A stretch of 64,000 bases of DNA from Podarcis melisellensis (GCA_964234715.1 OZ174287.1); one strand, 5' to 3'; shown: positions 9,519-23,552, counted from the stretch's first letter. The notes: a model not told the origin generated them from the letters alone. Numbers and translations are program-made.

Positions 9519-12154
9519 GAACAAGAAGGAAAAGGGCTCCTTCCAGGATGTGCTTGGAGCTCTGTCTCTAGCCCTTTCCTGGAAATTGCATTGCCTGTCA
9601 AAACTCCAGGGTCCAACTCCTATGCTGTAACTGGTGACCTGAGTGGGCGACCAGCCTGGACCAACGCCCGAGAGGCTGAAGCTCACGCCTAGGAATACTG
9701 CAGTAGCTGTAAATTATATGATGTAGCTCCTGTTTCTGCAGCCTGATCCTGCCTTGTAGAAAATGAGCTGGCTTCCAGCAAGGGCATGTCAGCCTATCAC
9801 TTCTTATCCCACCTTCTGTAGATTTTGGCAAACAATCCTACGCAGGAAGCTGCTCAGTTTTGTTTTGGCTGCGTTCCCTTTTTCTCCCTCCTCCTTTCCA
9901 TCGCTGATAGTGTTTCTCGCAGAGGCCCAGCTGTCTTTGGTTACCCTGTAGGGGTGTCAAAAACAGTTCGCCTGGGGTTGGACCTTCCTTTGTTACAGAG
10001 AGCCAGAGATCCCACCTGCTGGCTGTGGATGCCAAGCCCACATCTGGGTTTCCCTGGCGGAGCTGCATGCAGCTGGGATGAGTGGCTGGGCACCCTCGCC
10101 AGCTCATTAGCACCAGAGCTGATTCTTCTGGTTAGAGGGTGCGAGTGTTAAGAACATCGAGGGGGAAATGAGGAGGTTATTCTGTAATGCTCTTGTGTGT
10201 TTGATGCATGCAACCCATCATGTGCTCTAGAAATAAGATGACCCCTCCATACCCCCACCACTGTGTATCTTTGTGAGGGTATTAGATAATTTCCTTCCAA
10301 TTGTCATTGCACAGGCAGAGGACCAAAGATCTTATGGAGATCCTCTGACTTGCCCATTCTCCTTTGGGTAGAAGATAATGCAGAGCTAAAAGAAATAGGC
10401 TCAAATAGGCTGGGAGGTCTGCATGAAACATTTCTTACTTTCTCTTTTTCGCTGTTTCTTCTCCTCTGTCTCCATTGCCTCCCAAAGTTTGGCGTACTAT
10501 GAAATTAGGCTTCTGGTGATACCCATACACTTCCCCGAAAACCCTTTTAAATGAAAGTTAGGAAGTTTCTTGCCCTCCAACATCAACTCTGGTGTCTGGG
10601 TGCTTTCTGCTGTAACTTGCAGATTCAGTCTGTGGGCTTTGAGTTTTGAAATGGCAGCAAAACTCCTCAATTAAAGTGCTTTGACCTTTTTTTCAAGATC
10701 TTTTTCTCTCTCCAAATATTTCAGTAAAACAAACATGCAAGTAGAACTGCTATCACCTGAAAACTCTGGTCATACGTTGCTTTTAATCATTCACTCTCCC
10801 CCTCCTCAGTCTGCCACCCAGTTATGACATATTTTCTTTTTAGATGTGGAACTGAGGAGGGTGCAGAAAAGCAAAAGAAGCAAGTGGTCCTCTCTTTCAA
10901 GTTCTGGTGGTGTATATAGAATGGTGTGTATAGAAAGTAATAATGGAATATCCTATTACATCCATCAACAGACAGGCCAAGTTCAGATATACATCTCACC
11001 AGTTGTTGACTTTCCAGTCATTTTGACCTTAGGATGTAAGCTGCAAGGCCCTCTTCACAAGTGGTGGTGGAAGGACACTTCCTCTTGCAGGATCTTATAG
11101 CACGGAGATCATGGGAGCATCCATGTGAGGGTGGTCAGTGGCATCTGTCTGTCCCATTTTATCGGAGTCCGCCCCCTTGAGTACTGATGAAGCAGGAAGG
11201 GATTTTGTTTCATTCATGCACACTCCCTAGCAGCCACAGATTGCAGCACAGAGAAGGAGAACCCTTGCTGCAACAGGTGCACAGTGAGAACATCCTCTAA
11301 GATACTGTAGATGTGAATTTTCAGAAATGTGTATACTTGCAAAAATAAAAAAGGATAACATTTCCAGTCGATGTCCATTTACCGTGCTTTGCTTTTTACC
11401 CAACCTGAGAATGTTTGATTTAACCTTTTCTCTGAGCAAGCAGTGCTTTAATCTGAGGCAAAGGTAAAACATTGTGCAAAATGCAGTTCCCTCGTGAATA
11501 ACCTCTGCCAACCTCATCCCACACTTGTAGCACCTATCATACTATGCATGGATTGCCAGTGGATAGTTCAGGTGCTTGGCTAGGGGCATGTTATAATAGG
11601 AGGAGCTGGAGCCAATCCAGGTTAAATATTATTATTATTTAGGAGACATGGGAGACTCCAGTGTCGCTGGTAAGGTTTTGGTTAACCTTTCACTAAAGGC
11701 ATAAAAAATGGGCAGCCCTAAATAACAGGGAAGGTCTCTTATGATATTGGGGCAAACTGGAGAGTGTTTTGGTGATGGGGTGATCTGTCAGTTAGTTTTC
11801 ACTTGGCATGGATATGTTTCCTTGGCTGAAAGACTGATATGTCTGGAGGTAGGAAAAGGTTTTACTGGCAAGTGGGATAGGTCATGAATCTGGGATTTTT
11901 AAAAATCTTGTAGCAGCTTTTGGGGATCTGTGGCTGTCCAGATGTTGTTGAATTCCAATTCCCATCAGCCCCTACCAGCCATAATTTGCTTAGTAAGCTG
12001 TTTTCTGTCACGAACTTGGCCTCTGCTTGTGGCATGTGGTATTTTGGATTACGTTGGTGCTGGTGTTTGGGCTGTTGCTGGATACTAGACTTTGTTTTGT
12101 AGGGATTTACACCCTAGTCTTTACTTCTAGACTATTTCAACTTGATGATTCATG

Positions 12155-12355
12155 GCTGCACAGCAGTTAAGAGACAAAAGTCCCCCAGTTCAAATTTCAG
12201 CTTGGTCAAGAACTCACCGAGTAGATTTAAGAGATGGTATTATTCACTGGCCTTGCCTCTCTGCCTGTAACATAGGGATAATAATGCTGGCCTTCCTTAC
12301 TAGGGGTGCTAAGGATTAATGAGATTATGTACATGAAGTGCTTTGAGCATTTAGG
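12155..12355 (+). mobile_element. MIR/CORE-like ancient SINE
   Basis: CORE-like ctgtaacatagggataataatg...agggg...aaggattaatgagat...aagtgctttg; similar relic near 17720-17890. Confidence 0.6.
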
Positions 12356-15300
12356 TACAGTGCTATGTATCTATTTAAGTTCCTCTATTTTATTTCAGCT
12401 GCATAGTTGCTGCTGCAGCATGGCTCCTTTTCATGCCCTTCTGGTGCCAAAAGAACCCAAGGTCATGTGCAAGGGGGTTGCTGATGTGCTACTTCTGACA
12501 CAAGTACTTCTGACACAGTCTTGCTGTCTTCTGTTAGAGTCTTAAGTTAGTGGAGCACTGTAGGAAGTAGTCATGCGGCTGAGGCTATATCAGACTAGGC
12601 ATTCATTATTACTTTGAAAAATTGAGATGCGATACCTCTGGAGGCCCTCCACCACCGCCCCCAAATTTCACATCTCCTTTGCCTCTCCTTAGTTATGGCT
12701 TTACATTGCAGGGGGCTTTTGGGCCTTGTGCGCCGCAAAAGGGATCAAGCCAAATGCGCAGGTGGAGGGTGGGCAAAGAGGACTTTGAAACCTATAGAGG
12801 AAAATTCTCAAAATGTCAAAAGAAGTTCACTTCAAAAAACAAAAACAGAATAAACCTCTCCTCACTAGCCAGATGCTCACTAATGACAGCTACTCTCCTG
12901 ATTGGCTGGGCTGCCTCATGAATATTGATGAGAGCGCATGATCCAAATGGCGCAGCTGTGCAACCACCTGCCCTTGCCAGCTCAGCTTTCGAAGCTTCCA
13001 GACAGTCATTCGGAGCTGTTCGGAGATTTGATTTCCCACCCTCCTGAAAACTCAACACAAGTCTTCCCTCCCCTTTCTGCATGGTGCTCTCTCTCTTCTC
13101 GAGTGTATTTGGAGAGAGATGATGAGACAACCAGTAGGGAACCAGCGCAAGTTAGGCAGGGCTTCATTTTATGCTCAGGTTCAGGCCAAAGACACTTTCA
13201 GTATCTATATTGCCCTACAGATTCAGGACAAACCAAAGTTTGTGCAATCAGTAGTAGACATGTTGTAGAATGTGTTGATGGCTTTTTGGCTTCCAAGCAC
13301 ACAGCAGAATGAGGTGGCAGAGTCCAGAGATGCACTTCAGTTTATAGGTGCTGGTGATGCTCATTTCCCATTGTTCCTCCATGCAAAAACAACCAACGCA
13401 ACTCCTTGGAAGAAGAACAGGAACACTGCCAGGAGAGGCCTGCACTGTAAGTTATTGACATGCTAGCTTTCACCATGCAGGGAGTCTTATTTTCTAAGTG
13501 GGGGAGTATTTTTTCCCCAGCCCCCTCCACCTGCAGTCTGAAGTAGCACAGTCCAGAACTCTTACCACCTCATTCTGTGTAGTTGAATGGCTGAGTTGGG
13601 GCGGGTGTTACCTACTTGGTATAGGAAACAAGGTGCTCACAGCATGAAGAGGGAACCCACATGTATTCAAAATGGGAGTATACTAATTTATGTAGGACGA
13701 TCTGTGGATAGCTATGAGCTGTGATTGCTGAATGGCACATCTCATGTTCAGGGTCGGCATACCTGACTACCAGCTGCTGAGGGCAAGTGAGGAATGGTGA
13801 TCTCTTCTGCATCCTGCTTGAGAGTTTCCAAAGGCAGCTGGCTCGCCATTGTTTAGAGACAGACAGCCAGGCTATGTAGATCTTGATTTGATCTAGCAAT
13901 GTAACATTTATCTTGGCATTCTCATTCCCTGATACTTTCCCTCTACAACTGTGAGCTGGCTAGAGAGTCCTAGGTATGCAGAACACCTTTTCCTTCCCCA
14001 TGGTGAAATGGCAGCCAGTCCCTAACAAACCTTGGACAAGGTAAAAGTGAGCCCTGGTGCCTGTTGCTTCACAAACCAAGAATTTAAATGAGACCTTGAG
14101 GGGAGATTCAGCAGCGCTGAGCCTCTGGCATGTTTGCAACAGGAGGGCCAAAGCTAGGAATGTAACACTAAAACATTGAACAAGAAACCCTCTGAGCATA
14201 CTGAGTGCATTTTAAGTCTGCGTGGTAGGTGTGGGGAACCTGTGGTACTCCAACCGTTTGACTACAACTCCCATCATCCCTGATCACTGGCCATGCTGGC
14301 TGGGGCTGATGAGAGTTAGGATGAATTCCATTTAATGTGTCTAGTCTCAATACAGCCGGGATTAAAAGGCAGGGATTGTAGATCTAGGCAATAATAAGTG
14401 CAGCCGCCCTTTGCCTTTAGAAATGGTGTAGTACAAATGTGCAGGGTTGAATGTGTTAAAGGAAATGGTTCTCTGCAAGGAGTGCCACAGCAATATCTGC
14501 AGACTTTATTTTTAGGTTAAAGCTGGTTTAGCCTCCCCGCTGTGCAGAGATCCATTTAGTTCCTATAAGGGACTAACTTGGCCTGGAGGTTCCTTGCTTC
14601 TTAACGAGATCTTAGCTCAAGTGCTGGCTTTCCCTTCTCCTTCTCAAGGCTCCCTGGATAACTTCAGCACAGATTGTGTCTATCGCACTTTCAACGTGGG
14701 CTTATTCCAAGTCCAACCATGCTACTTGGCTATTTAGGGAGGCAAAAAATATATCCTGCACATACTCAAAGCTATTCTCTCTCAATTCAGTGGGGTTTGC
14801 ACTGCAGAAGTTGCTGGCCAGACTGCTCTACCTTCCACCTTTAATGGGAGCCCCAAAATTTGCCCCCAGAGGAGAGTGCCTCTCTCTGTTTTGTTGCAGG
14901 GTTGTCTCTGGCTTTCTGGCTCCTCCAAACTCTTGCTATTTCCTCTGCTGAGAGTTTGGGGAGTGGGGATTAACACCCTTGGAGCTGCAAGCTGTTAGCC
15001 AGGTCAAGGCTTGGAGTTGCAAACATCTCTCTTGGCTTGTTTCTTTTCTTTCTTTCCCTGCTGCCGGCACGATTTCTGGCGGAGCATCATTAAGGCTCCC
15101 CAAGTCTCCCTGCCTTCTGCTCCATTCCGAGTTTCTCTTGGCAGGCGCCTGCCCCCCTTTTTTTTTTTAAATGGAGAAAGTAATTTTTGCTGTGCCTGCC
15201 AGCAGCCTGGAATTTCAGGGTGGTGATTAGAGGGAAAGGAAAAAAAAGGGGGGGGAGGGAGAGGTTGAGTGCTGTGCCTACTGCAGGCTCATTAAGCTCA

Positions 15301-16516
15301 GGGTTGCGGGGCGGCAGCTGCGGATCGAGATGTGGGCAGCCATCTGAGACGCGGGAGAGATGCTTCTTTCTATCAAGGCCTGGACACGAATCCTGCACCC
15401 CTATTCTCCACGCGCCACCTCTTGCCAAAAGTAAAAACGGCAAGAAAAAACACCAGGCTCTATTTGAACTGGGCTGACTGCAGATCGTCCTTTCAGCACT
15501 GGATTTGCAGCCGCACAGGCATGTGAATTAGAATATGCAGGGGACCCCTGCTACTATTACCCCCTCCCCATCAAGTCACTGCAATTTGGGTCCAATATTC
15601 TAAAATAAAGGGGAAGTTCAAGATGACCTTGAAGCAGAGCTTTATTTGAGACAGTTTTGAATAGGAATCTTGACCCTGCAACATTTGAGTCAGGGATAGC
15701 CAACACGCAGCCCTCCAGATGTTGAACTATAACTCCCATCGTTCCTGACCATTAGCCATGCTGGCTGGGGCAGATGGAAGTTGGAGTTTAGCATCAGTTG
15801 GATAGCACTACATTTGCCATCCATGATACAAATTAATAATGAAGATGAATGCCACTCTGCATATGCTTCAAGCGCCTTTTCTTCACAACCAAGAACCTAC
15901 AATCTGCTCCTTCTAATCTTGGTATTAGAAGGGAAGGCTTCCAGGCCAATGAACATAGAAACATGGAACTGTAGAGTTGGAAGGGACCCCAAGGGCTATC
16001 TACTACAACATTAATTTGAGCCTTAGCCCACCCTTTTTAAAACAACAACAACAAAAAAGAACTGCTTGGGATACTAGCTGTAGATAGATGGGGACCTCCT
16101 TGGGCCCAGGGCTTGGTTCCTAAAAGGGAGATGAAGGATTCAGACCTTACTGGGATTTATCTCCTGGGACCTGCTTCCAGAGGCTTATCTTACAAATGTG
16201 CAGGAGGGAGCTGGCTGCCTTTACTCATTTGAGCCACAGCGCCTTGCTAATTGCTACAATGCTGTGGAAACACCAAGAGACGCCTAGTTCCAAAATGAGA
16301 AATTCACATTTATGATTTCAAAGTTAATTAACTAGCTATGGGCAACCCTCTGCATTATCGGACTAACAGCAGTGACCAATCCTACTAGGGTGTTGCAAGG
16401 ATCACGTGAGGTCCTTGAAACACTCTATAGACGTGAAGTTGTGTTACTGAGATGAGAAGAGAGCCACATTGGAGTCAGCTTGCCAGTTTGGCATAGCTAA
16501 TCATTTTATATGGTGC

Positions 16517-16711
16517 CATAGGAGCCAGCTCGGGGGCTGTAGGGGCTTCAGACCCCACAATAAAACATTTGAGGGGGCTGGGCCCCCATAAAGTTGATAG
16601 GCATTCCCACTCAATTGGTTGTGTGTGCGCGCGCATGCACTGCATCATGTAATTATGTGGGGCGGGGCTTACCTGGGCCTGCACAATATTTTATTCAAGT
16701 TGGCACTCCTG
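16517..16711. mobile_element. hAT-type MITE
   Basis: Near-identical 8-bp flanks tatggtgc/catggtgc; imperfect TIRs cataggagccagc / gttggcactcctg. Confidence 0.65.
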
Positions 16712-19001
16712 CATGGTGCCATTCCACATGCAAAGTACTTTGTAAACTATACGGTATTGCTGTTATTTTAGGATTTTTTGTGAGCAAGGTCAACATGAGT
16801 CTTATATTACAGAGCAGGGATCTGGGCTTTGCCGAAGCTCACACCATAGCTTTGGTGCAGAGGATAAAATCTATGCATGAAGAACAGCAGACCCCACATC
16901 GCAAAGGGATAAGGCATGCAGAACTCCTCGGCTCTGCTCTTTGAGATGTCCATGTAATGGGGGCTGGCAGGGAAGAAGACAAGGGTGATCAGAGGCAGGC
17001 GGAGCCAAAGCGAGTGACAAGTGTATCTATTCTGTTTGTTAGTAAGAAGGCAGGCAGGTGGGGGCTGGCTAATGATAGACTAAAGGTTAGTGGAGCAGTG
17101 CTCTCCTTGCCCTTATGGTCCAGCCTTCACTGTGCCCATATATGCCAAGCTTGTGCCCGAAGTGTGAAGTAGCCCAGGCACTAGGCACACAGCCTTCTCT
17201 AGAGTGGGGTGACTGGGTGCAGGACATGATCTGTTCCCATGAGATGATAGGAAAGTTTTAAGAAAAAATTCTTACAATTACTTTGGATGATGGGAGGCAG
17301 TACTGCTCAAGTCAGTGGATCTACAGAGCAGGGGTGGCTAATCCCCAGTTTGGGGTGTGTGGTCTGGCTTTGTAAAAAAAAAAAAATCATTTCACTCTCT
17401 AAGAACCAACCAAGTTTAGGAGCAGTGGCAAAAAGGGAAACAAAAATAAGCAGAAACAATGCTGTGCAGGGCACAGTGCCTACATAATCATATCAGCCAT
17501 TTCATGAGGGAAAGGGGGTGATTACCCTTCTCAGCTGATCTGCGCTGGCCAAGTGTAAATGTGACCCATGCCAAAAAGGTTAGTTACCCTCACTATAAAG
17601 ATTTCCTATGTAGTAGATTTTTAATTTAATTTTTATTTTTAACAAAGTGGAAAACTAACAGCTTCCGTCCAAAAAGCTCCTGGCTTATTATCTGTCCTCC
17701 CCTATTCACATTATCACTAGGAGCTACTGTAGCAAAGTGCCTTAGAGACTTGAGTTGCAAGTAGGAAGACCTTAGTTTAAATTTCACTGCAGCAATAAAC
17801 TCTGTGGAAACACACTCTCAGCTCCCCACACCTGAACTATGGGGATTAATAGTACTAACCTACCTAACAAGGCTGTGTGCATGCGAAATATTGTTGAGAG
17901 CTAGTAAGCCTTGATGGGCAGAGGGAGGAGACGGGTGCCAGTCATTTTGCCAATTCCCCGCCTTAGCCACTCCTGAGGCCGCAGACCTCAATGGGAACCA
18001 CAGAGAATAAAGGCAGCCCTGTGTTCTGAGTCTTGGTCATGCTAGAATATGAGAGCATGTTGGGAGTGTGAGATGGAATACTGGGAGCTGATTTACAAGA
18101 AGATCAGACTGGACACAATCCACACTGAAATGAAGCAGATGTGCTCCCATTTATTTCAATAGAGATTTTGTGGGAGAACTTCTCGGTGAATTGTGCCCTT
18201 TATTTTTCCTCTGCTGGGCAACACAGTTGTGGAGAAGAGCAAACAATTTGCGGTAGGCAGCGATCCCTGCCTCCTGTGAGTTGAGAGGTTCAAATATGTC
18301 TTCCCAATTAAAGCACAGCTGTTCAGAAAGAAATGGAGAGGGAGAGGGCTGCTGGTGGTGGAGCTGCTGTCTCTTTAAAGAGCCCTTCTAGTGACTGATG
18401 AGGGTTGGAGAGATAGAGCCAGGCAGGCCCTGATGAAACACTCATCGCACAGCTAGAAAATGACTGTAATTATGAACCAGTCCCTGCAGAAGGATGAACT
18501 CCAAGTTTGCTAATAACCCCGCCAGGTGCCTCTCTCATCTCTCTCCATGCCCAAGTGGTCTCTGTGGCAGCAAAGTTGGACTTACAGAAACCATAGGCAA
18601 ATATTTCCTAATGAGAGGTAAATTCCTTCCTTCCTGCAACTGGACCATTCTTGTCAGCAGGATTGTGTCTGTTTATGTCCTGCACCAAAGTAAGAACTGA
18701 ATTGTTATCTTAAAATGGCAGACCACAAGGACCATCAAGCCTAGCACCGCCTTCAAATAACAGGCAGCCAGATGCCTTAGGGAAGCCCACACACTGAGTA
18801 TGCTGAAGAAGACAGCCTGTCCCCTAACTTGCTTTTTGCCACAGGATCTGATAATTAAAAGTACAAGTGGGACTTATGCCAAAGATTCCAGCCATGCCCT
18901 TGTCAATGATACTTCATTCCATTCCTCCTCCAACAGTGGTCAGTCAACATCCTAAAGATGGTGTGTGCTTCTGCCATCCTTTGGGTTTCTCCGAGTGTGT
19001 A

Positions 19002-19160
19002 GATAAGAACATAGGAAGAGCTTGCTGGATCAGGCCAATGGCCCATCTGGTCTAGCCAACCAGATGCCTGTGGGAAATCCCACAAGCTGGATTTGAGCAC
19101 AAGAGCACTCGTCCCTCCTGTGGTTTCCTGCAACTGGGATGCCAAAGCATTGCTGCCTTC
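19002..19160 (-). mobile_element. CR1-type 3'UTR fragment
   Basis: ataagaacataggaagagcttgctggatcaggccaatggcccatct; related pieces at ~27340, ~34110 and ~46100. Confidence 0.65.
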
Positions 19161-20520
19161 AAATTCTGCTGTCCTGACTACATCAGTGTTTGCTGTCAGG
19201 TGTATGTAGAAGGGATAGGGGACCTCTCTATCTGGTTCTCAGGAACTGACCCCAAGCCATAACCCCTGTTCCCAAGCTACACCCAGCTTCAGCCCTACGT
19301 CATACCCTCCTTGAGTGTCATTGCCTGGCTGGTATGTGTTCTTGAATTTTTATAATGCCTGTCAGTTATTTCACAAAACTCCAGTTTCCAGAATATGTTG
19401 AAGCTATAACAGTTACTCAAGTTTGAAATAACTTTTTTGTAAATGTGGAGTTGTGGACACAGCTTATTACCACAGTAAAGCTAAGGATAACAGCAAATCA
19501 GAACACGTCTTGGCACAGTGCAATGTTTACTGGAGTATTAAACATAAACACTAAACATCTGCTGGGACTCTAAAAATGAATTCAGTACATAACAAAATAG
19601 ATGACATGGGAAACAAACTGACCTTTTATATTGAATCACTCATAACCCTTTATTGAAATACGGAAAAAAAGGAAATGTGTTAATGAATTTTTGTTCATTG
19701 TTACTTATTCTTTCTATCTAATTGCTATCTGAAATAGTTGCATTCACATGTAGCTAGCCTGAGCTCAGAAGATGTAATGTTCAAATAGGTTGAACATTCT
19801 TCACATTCTGGTTTCTGAATGTTCCCATTCTTAATGCCCAATCTGTATCCATGTTATGGAAACCCTCTAAAAGCTTGACTACATTTCAATTTAAATCAAT
19901 TGTTACGATTTCCCTCTCTCAAGGAACTCTGGGAAATGTAGTTCTGGGAGATCTTAAGGCTCTAAAAGAGAATTATCAGTATCTTTCCAAAGTGGTAAAT
20001 TTCCCAGGCTACGTTGGCTAAGATCTTATAAGCCATTTAGTCCCCCTGCTTGATGCAAATAATCTAAAGCATTGCCAAGAGAGTGCTTGTGTTTATGTGA
20101 AATAAATGTACATTAAATTTCATATGTTGCAGTATACATGCCACCTTTGATGTGGATGTTATTGCACATCATATGAAGAGACTTTAAAGTCTGGGTAAGA
20201 AGAGGAATCTATTTTCATGAATAGGATAGTGGGTTATTTTATGCATGTTTCAGCACCCTGGAGAGTTCCTGTTTCCTCCAGTTTCTCTACCAAACACATG
20301 TCAAGAAGACCATGCTGTAATAACAACATGTAGCCCAGCCAAGGGCCCATGTAGCCTAGCATTCTGTCTGCAAAGTGGACAAGTAGATGTCTCAGGGAAA
20401 TTAAATGGGACATGATGGCAAAATGCACCACTTGTTTGTCCAAAGCAAGTTGTAATCAATTGTATACTATCAGGAGAAAGGTGGGATATAAATGCAATAA
20501 ATAAATAAATATGTGAACAT

Positions 20521-20758
20521 ATTTTACTTTATTTTATTTACTTATTTTATTTTATTTTAATTATATCCCATCTTTCCTCCAAGGAGCTCAAGGTGGTGTA
20601 CAGCTTTCCTCCACCTCATTTTATCCTCACAACAACCCTGTGAGGTAGGCTAGGCTTGGACTGGCCCAAGGACACCCGGTGAGCTCCATGGCTGAGTGGG
20701 GATTTGAACCCAGACCTCCCAGGTCCTAGACCAACACACTAACCACTACACCACACTG
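20521..20758 (-). mobile_element. tRNA-derived SINE with (TAAAA)n tail
   Basis: Minus head cagtgtggtgtagtggttag (A box) ... gggttcaaatccc (B box); (tttta)n at 20521-20558. Confidence 0.85.
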
Positions 20759-21609
20759 ACATGAAGGTAGTCTAGTTCACATTACTCAAAGAATTGCGTT
20801 CTGCATTTTCTAAAACTGAAATTTGGTAAAATGTCAGAATTTCTGAAAACTTGCAATTTTGCTTTCAAATATGACTTAGAAGGATTATTTTAAAATCTTA
20901 AACCTCACATCCCATTGGTAGATTCTGGGAGGAATGTGAAGCTTGCCAGATTTATACCAAGGCAATCTGATGAATGGTAGCTCTGTGTGTGCATCTCATA
21001 TCCCTATCTCCCTTTCCCTTATGCTACTAGCAAGTTACCCAGGCAGAGTTGGAGGACTGAATGGGAATGTGGGAAGTGTACTCAGCACACCTATTTTGTG
21101 CCATGTCACTTCCGCACATGTTCAAATGTTCAGACAATGATACAGGTGAAAAGGCATCCAAGCTCCTTTTAGCCCTATGTGTGTTGGCCGTGATCAAATG
21201 GGACTAGATTACTCTCCTTGTTTCTTCCTCAGCCCACAAAAGCCAAGTGAAATTCAGCAACAGCGAATGTTGAAACAAAATCATGTGCAAAGTCCCACAT
21301 GCAAATTCAAGTTAGAGGCATTTGCTTAAGGCGTTCCCCAGTTAGTTTCAGTTGAGCCATTTTGAAACCAAATGTAAAGGCTGCAATTTTGCACACAGTT
21401 GACCTACTGAGAATCTTACTTATTTCAGTGGATTTTAAGTAAGCCGTGTGCAGGTCACAGCATAGGTTTTCATCTACGAAGCATGTCCATTGGATTTGTC
21501 AACACGAAACACTATCTTTTCACATGTCATCCCTGGGGAGTGTGGGAGGGGAAGAACTCCAGGTTTGCTACCACTGGGAATTTAGATGTACCAGGTGAGC
21601 AGTTAACTA

Positions 21610-21623
21610 CCGCCATCTTGTGG
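21610..21623 (-). promoter_or_regulatory. CTCF-like core motif overlapping a YY1-type motif
   Basis: Minus strand CCACAAGATGGCGG; fits CTCF core CCAC-AG-TGGC and YY1 AAGATGGCG. Confidence 0.55.
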
Positions 21624-22818
21624 CTTCAATGACCTCTACACCTGAAATATGATGAGAAACAGCTTTCCACTGGCTGGCATCACAGTGTGGCAGATGGTTT
21701 GCAGTCTCATAGCTCAGCTATGTCACACCCTGGAGGTGTAGTTTAATAAAACTCACACAACTAGATCCATTGTGTCAGAGAGTGAGGGCTCTGCCACCTT
21801 TATCCCAGAGATCCAGGTGTAGGCAGGCAACCTTCCATGCACTTGTCCTGGATGTGTTAGTTGCAACATTTATTCTGAGCCAGCAGCTCTCAAGGGTTTC
21901 AGATTGAGGTGTCTCCCAGCCCTACTGAGGGATGCCAGGAATTGACCCTGGAACCTTCAGCATGCAAAGCAGCACAAAGAATTCTTTTCCACTAAGATCT
22001 GCAAGACACTCTCCATCCATAGGCAAAGGGTTCCCATGCACATCAAGTTTGAAGTCCAACACTTATCACTCTAGAAAATAGGAATCGCCTGCAGTGGCAT
22101 TTTACATTGCATTATTAAAGCTGAAGCAGATCAATTTGGGGTTTCCATCAGATTTTGGAGCAAAAAGCTAGATCTTGAACAAGATGGGGGCTAGGAGATT
22201 GGTCTAAATACCTATCCGTGAGTTGTAAGTCAGATGGATTTTTTCCCCTTTATATAGTATTGCTATATTTATAGCTAGCCTGTCCAACTTGTGGCCTATC
22301 CAGGTAGACAGCTAGCAGCCATGTATGACAGCCAAACAGGGGCTCAATAAACCTTTTTTCTTTGCTGCCTGCCTGGGACTTGAAGAAAACAAGTCAGTCA
22401 AGCAGCTTGCTGACAAGGCTGTGAGGTGTGTTCAGCTGGAATATACAGGCCTGTTCTATAGGACTATGTGTGTGTGTCTGTGTGTGTGTCTGCATGTCTG
22501 CCAGATTTCTTATTAAAACGCATTCCCACCTCTGATGCTGCAATAAATGAATAGCAACAAAAATGAAACATTTATTTCTTTTTTACCCAGTTGTCTTTCA
22601 ATCTTTATGTTTCTCTTAATGTAAGTAGCGTATATTTATTATAAGCATACTTAATATTTTAATCATGAATAAAATCCAAATTACTCTGTTCTAAATGGAA
22701 TCTCTTCAGCCTCCCTCATAACTTTTATCTGGGATTTGGGAGTTTTATTCTAATTATACTGTATTCTGTACTGGATGTTTTGGCCTTTGGCTAAAGCAAT
22801 AAAACTAGACTAGCTGAT

Positions 22819-22820
<2 letters not shown>

Positions 22821-22892
<72 letters not shown>
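22821..22892. repeat. Compound microsatellite (AC)18(AG)18
   Basis: Direct reading. Confidence 0.97.
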
Positions 22893-22896
<4 letters not shown>

Positions 22897-22919
22897 CAGC
22901 ACAATAAACACTTTCTAAT

Positions 22920-23552
22920 CAGCAAATGACAGAAGTATTTATTCTGAAATATTGTCAACGTTGAGTGTTCTGCAAAAGCAAGTACTGCCCCCACCATCAT
23001 GTATGTGGAATGTTTGGCCACCTTCTGCAGAACAAGAGCATGTGCCAAGTGGGGGGAAAGTACTAGAGCAAAAGTCTCTAGAGTATGAAGAACTCTATCT
23101 TAGAATGGAAAAGGCTGAAGGAACCACAGGAGAGGAGACTGTGCTTCTGCAGCAGATTTAATGTGGGTTGAGGACATCTCGTGTGCACATATTTTTCTTA
23201 GGAATAGCAAAGAGGGGTTCTAGGAAGTGTTTCTGTTGCGTCAACAATGCAAGGGACGGGAAGAGATGAGACCCAGGTTATCTAGGAGGGAACATAAAAT
23301 AAATGCGAAGATGGTCATTTGGGAGGAAAAACTATGAAAATAGAATGATCAATAAGGTGGCCAACCCACAGCCCACATTCAGCCCAGGTTTTTTGTTGCT
23401 CTGCAAGACCCTCCCACTCCATTTTTTTTAATTGACAATAGTTCATCAGTCTTGATGTGGACCCCTCCGTTTGTGATGTCTGGCGACTGTTGTGCTCATT
23501 GTAAATCAATCAATCTCCACAAAAACGGTCCTGGACTTGCTGTTATGTATGT
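22920..23552 (-). other. SKAP1: Candidate SKAP1 3'UTR-only terminal exon
   Basis: The donor after the stop requires a downstream exon. Minus-strand acceptor tttgtgtttCAG (AG 23554-23553), AATAAA at 22943-22938, then U/GU-rich sequence and (TC)n(GT)n. No transcript evidence. Confidence 0.45.

Noticed and set aside
10670-11349. ATTAAA (10670) and AATAAA (11344) as SNX11 poly(A) signals
   Set aside because: Both plausible; cannot be chosen without transcript data.
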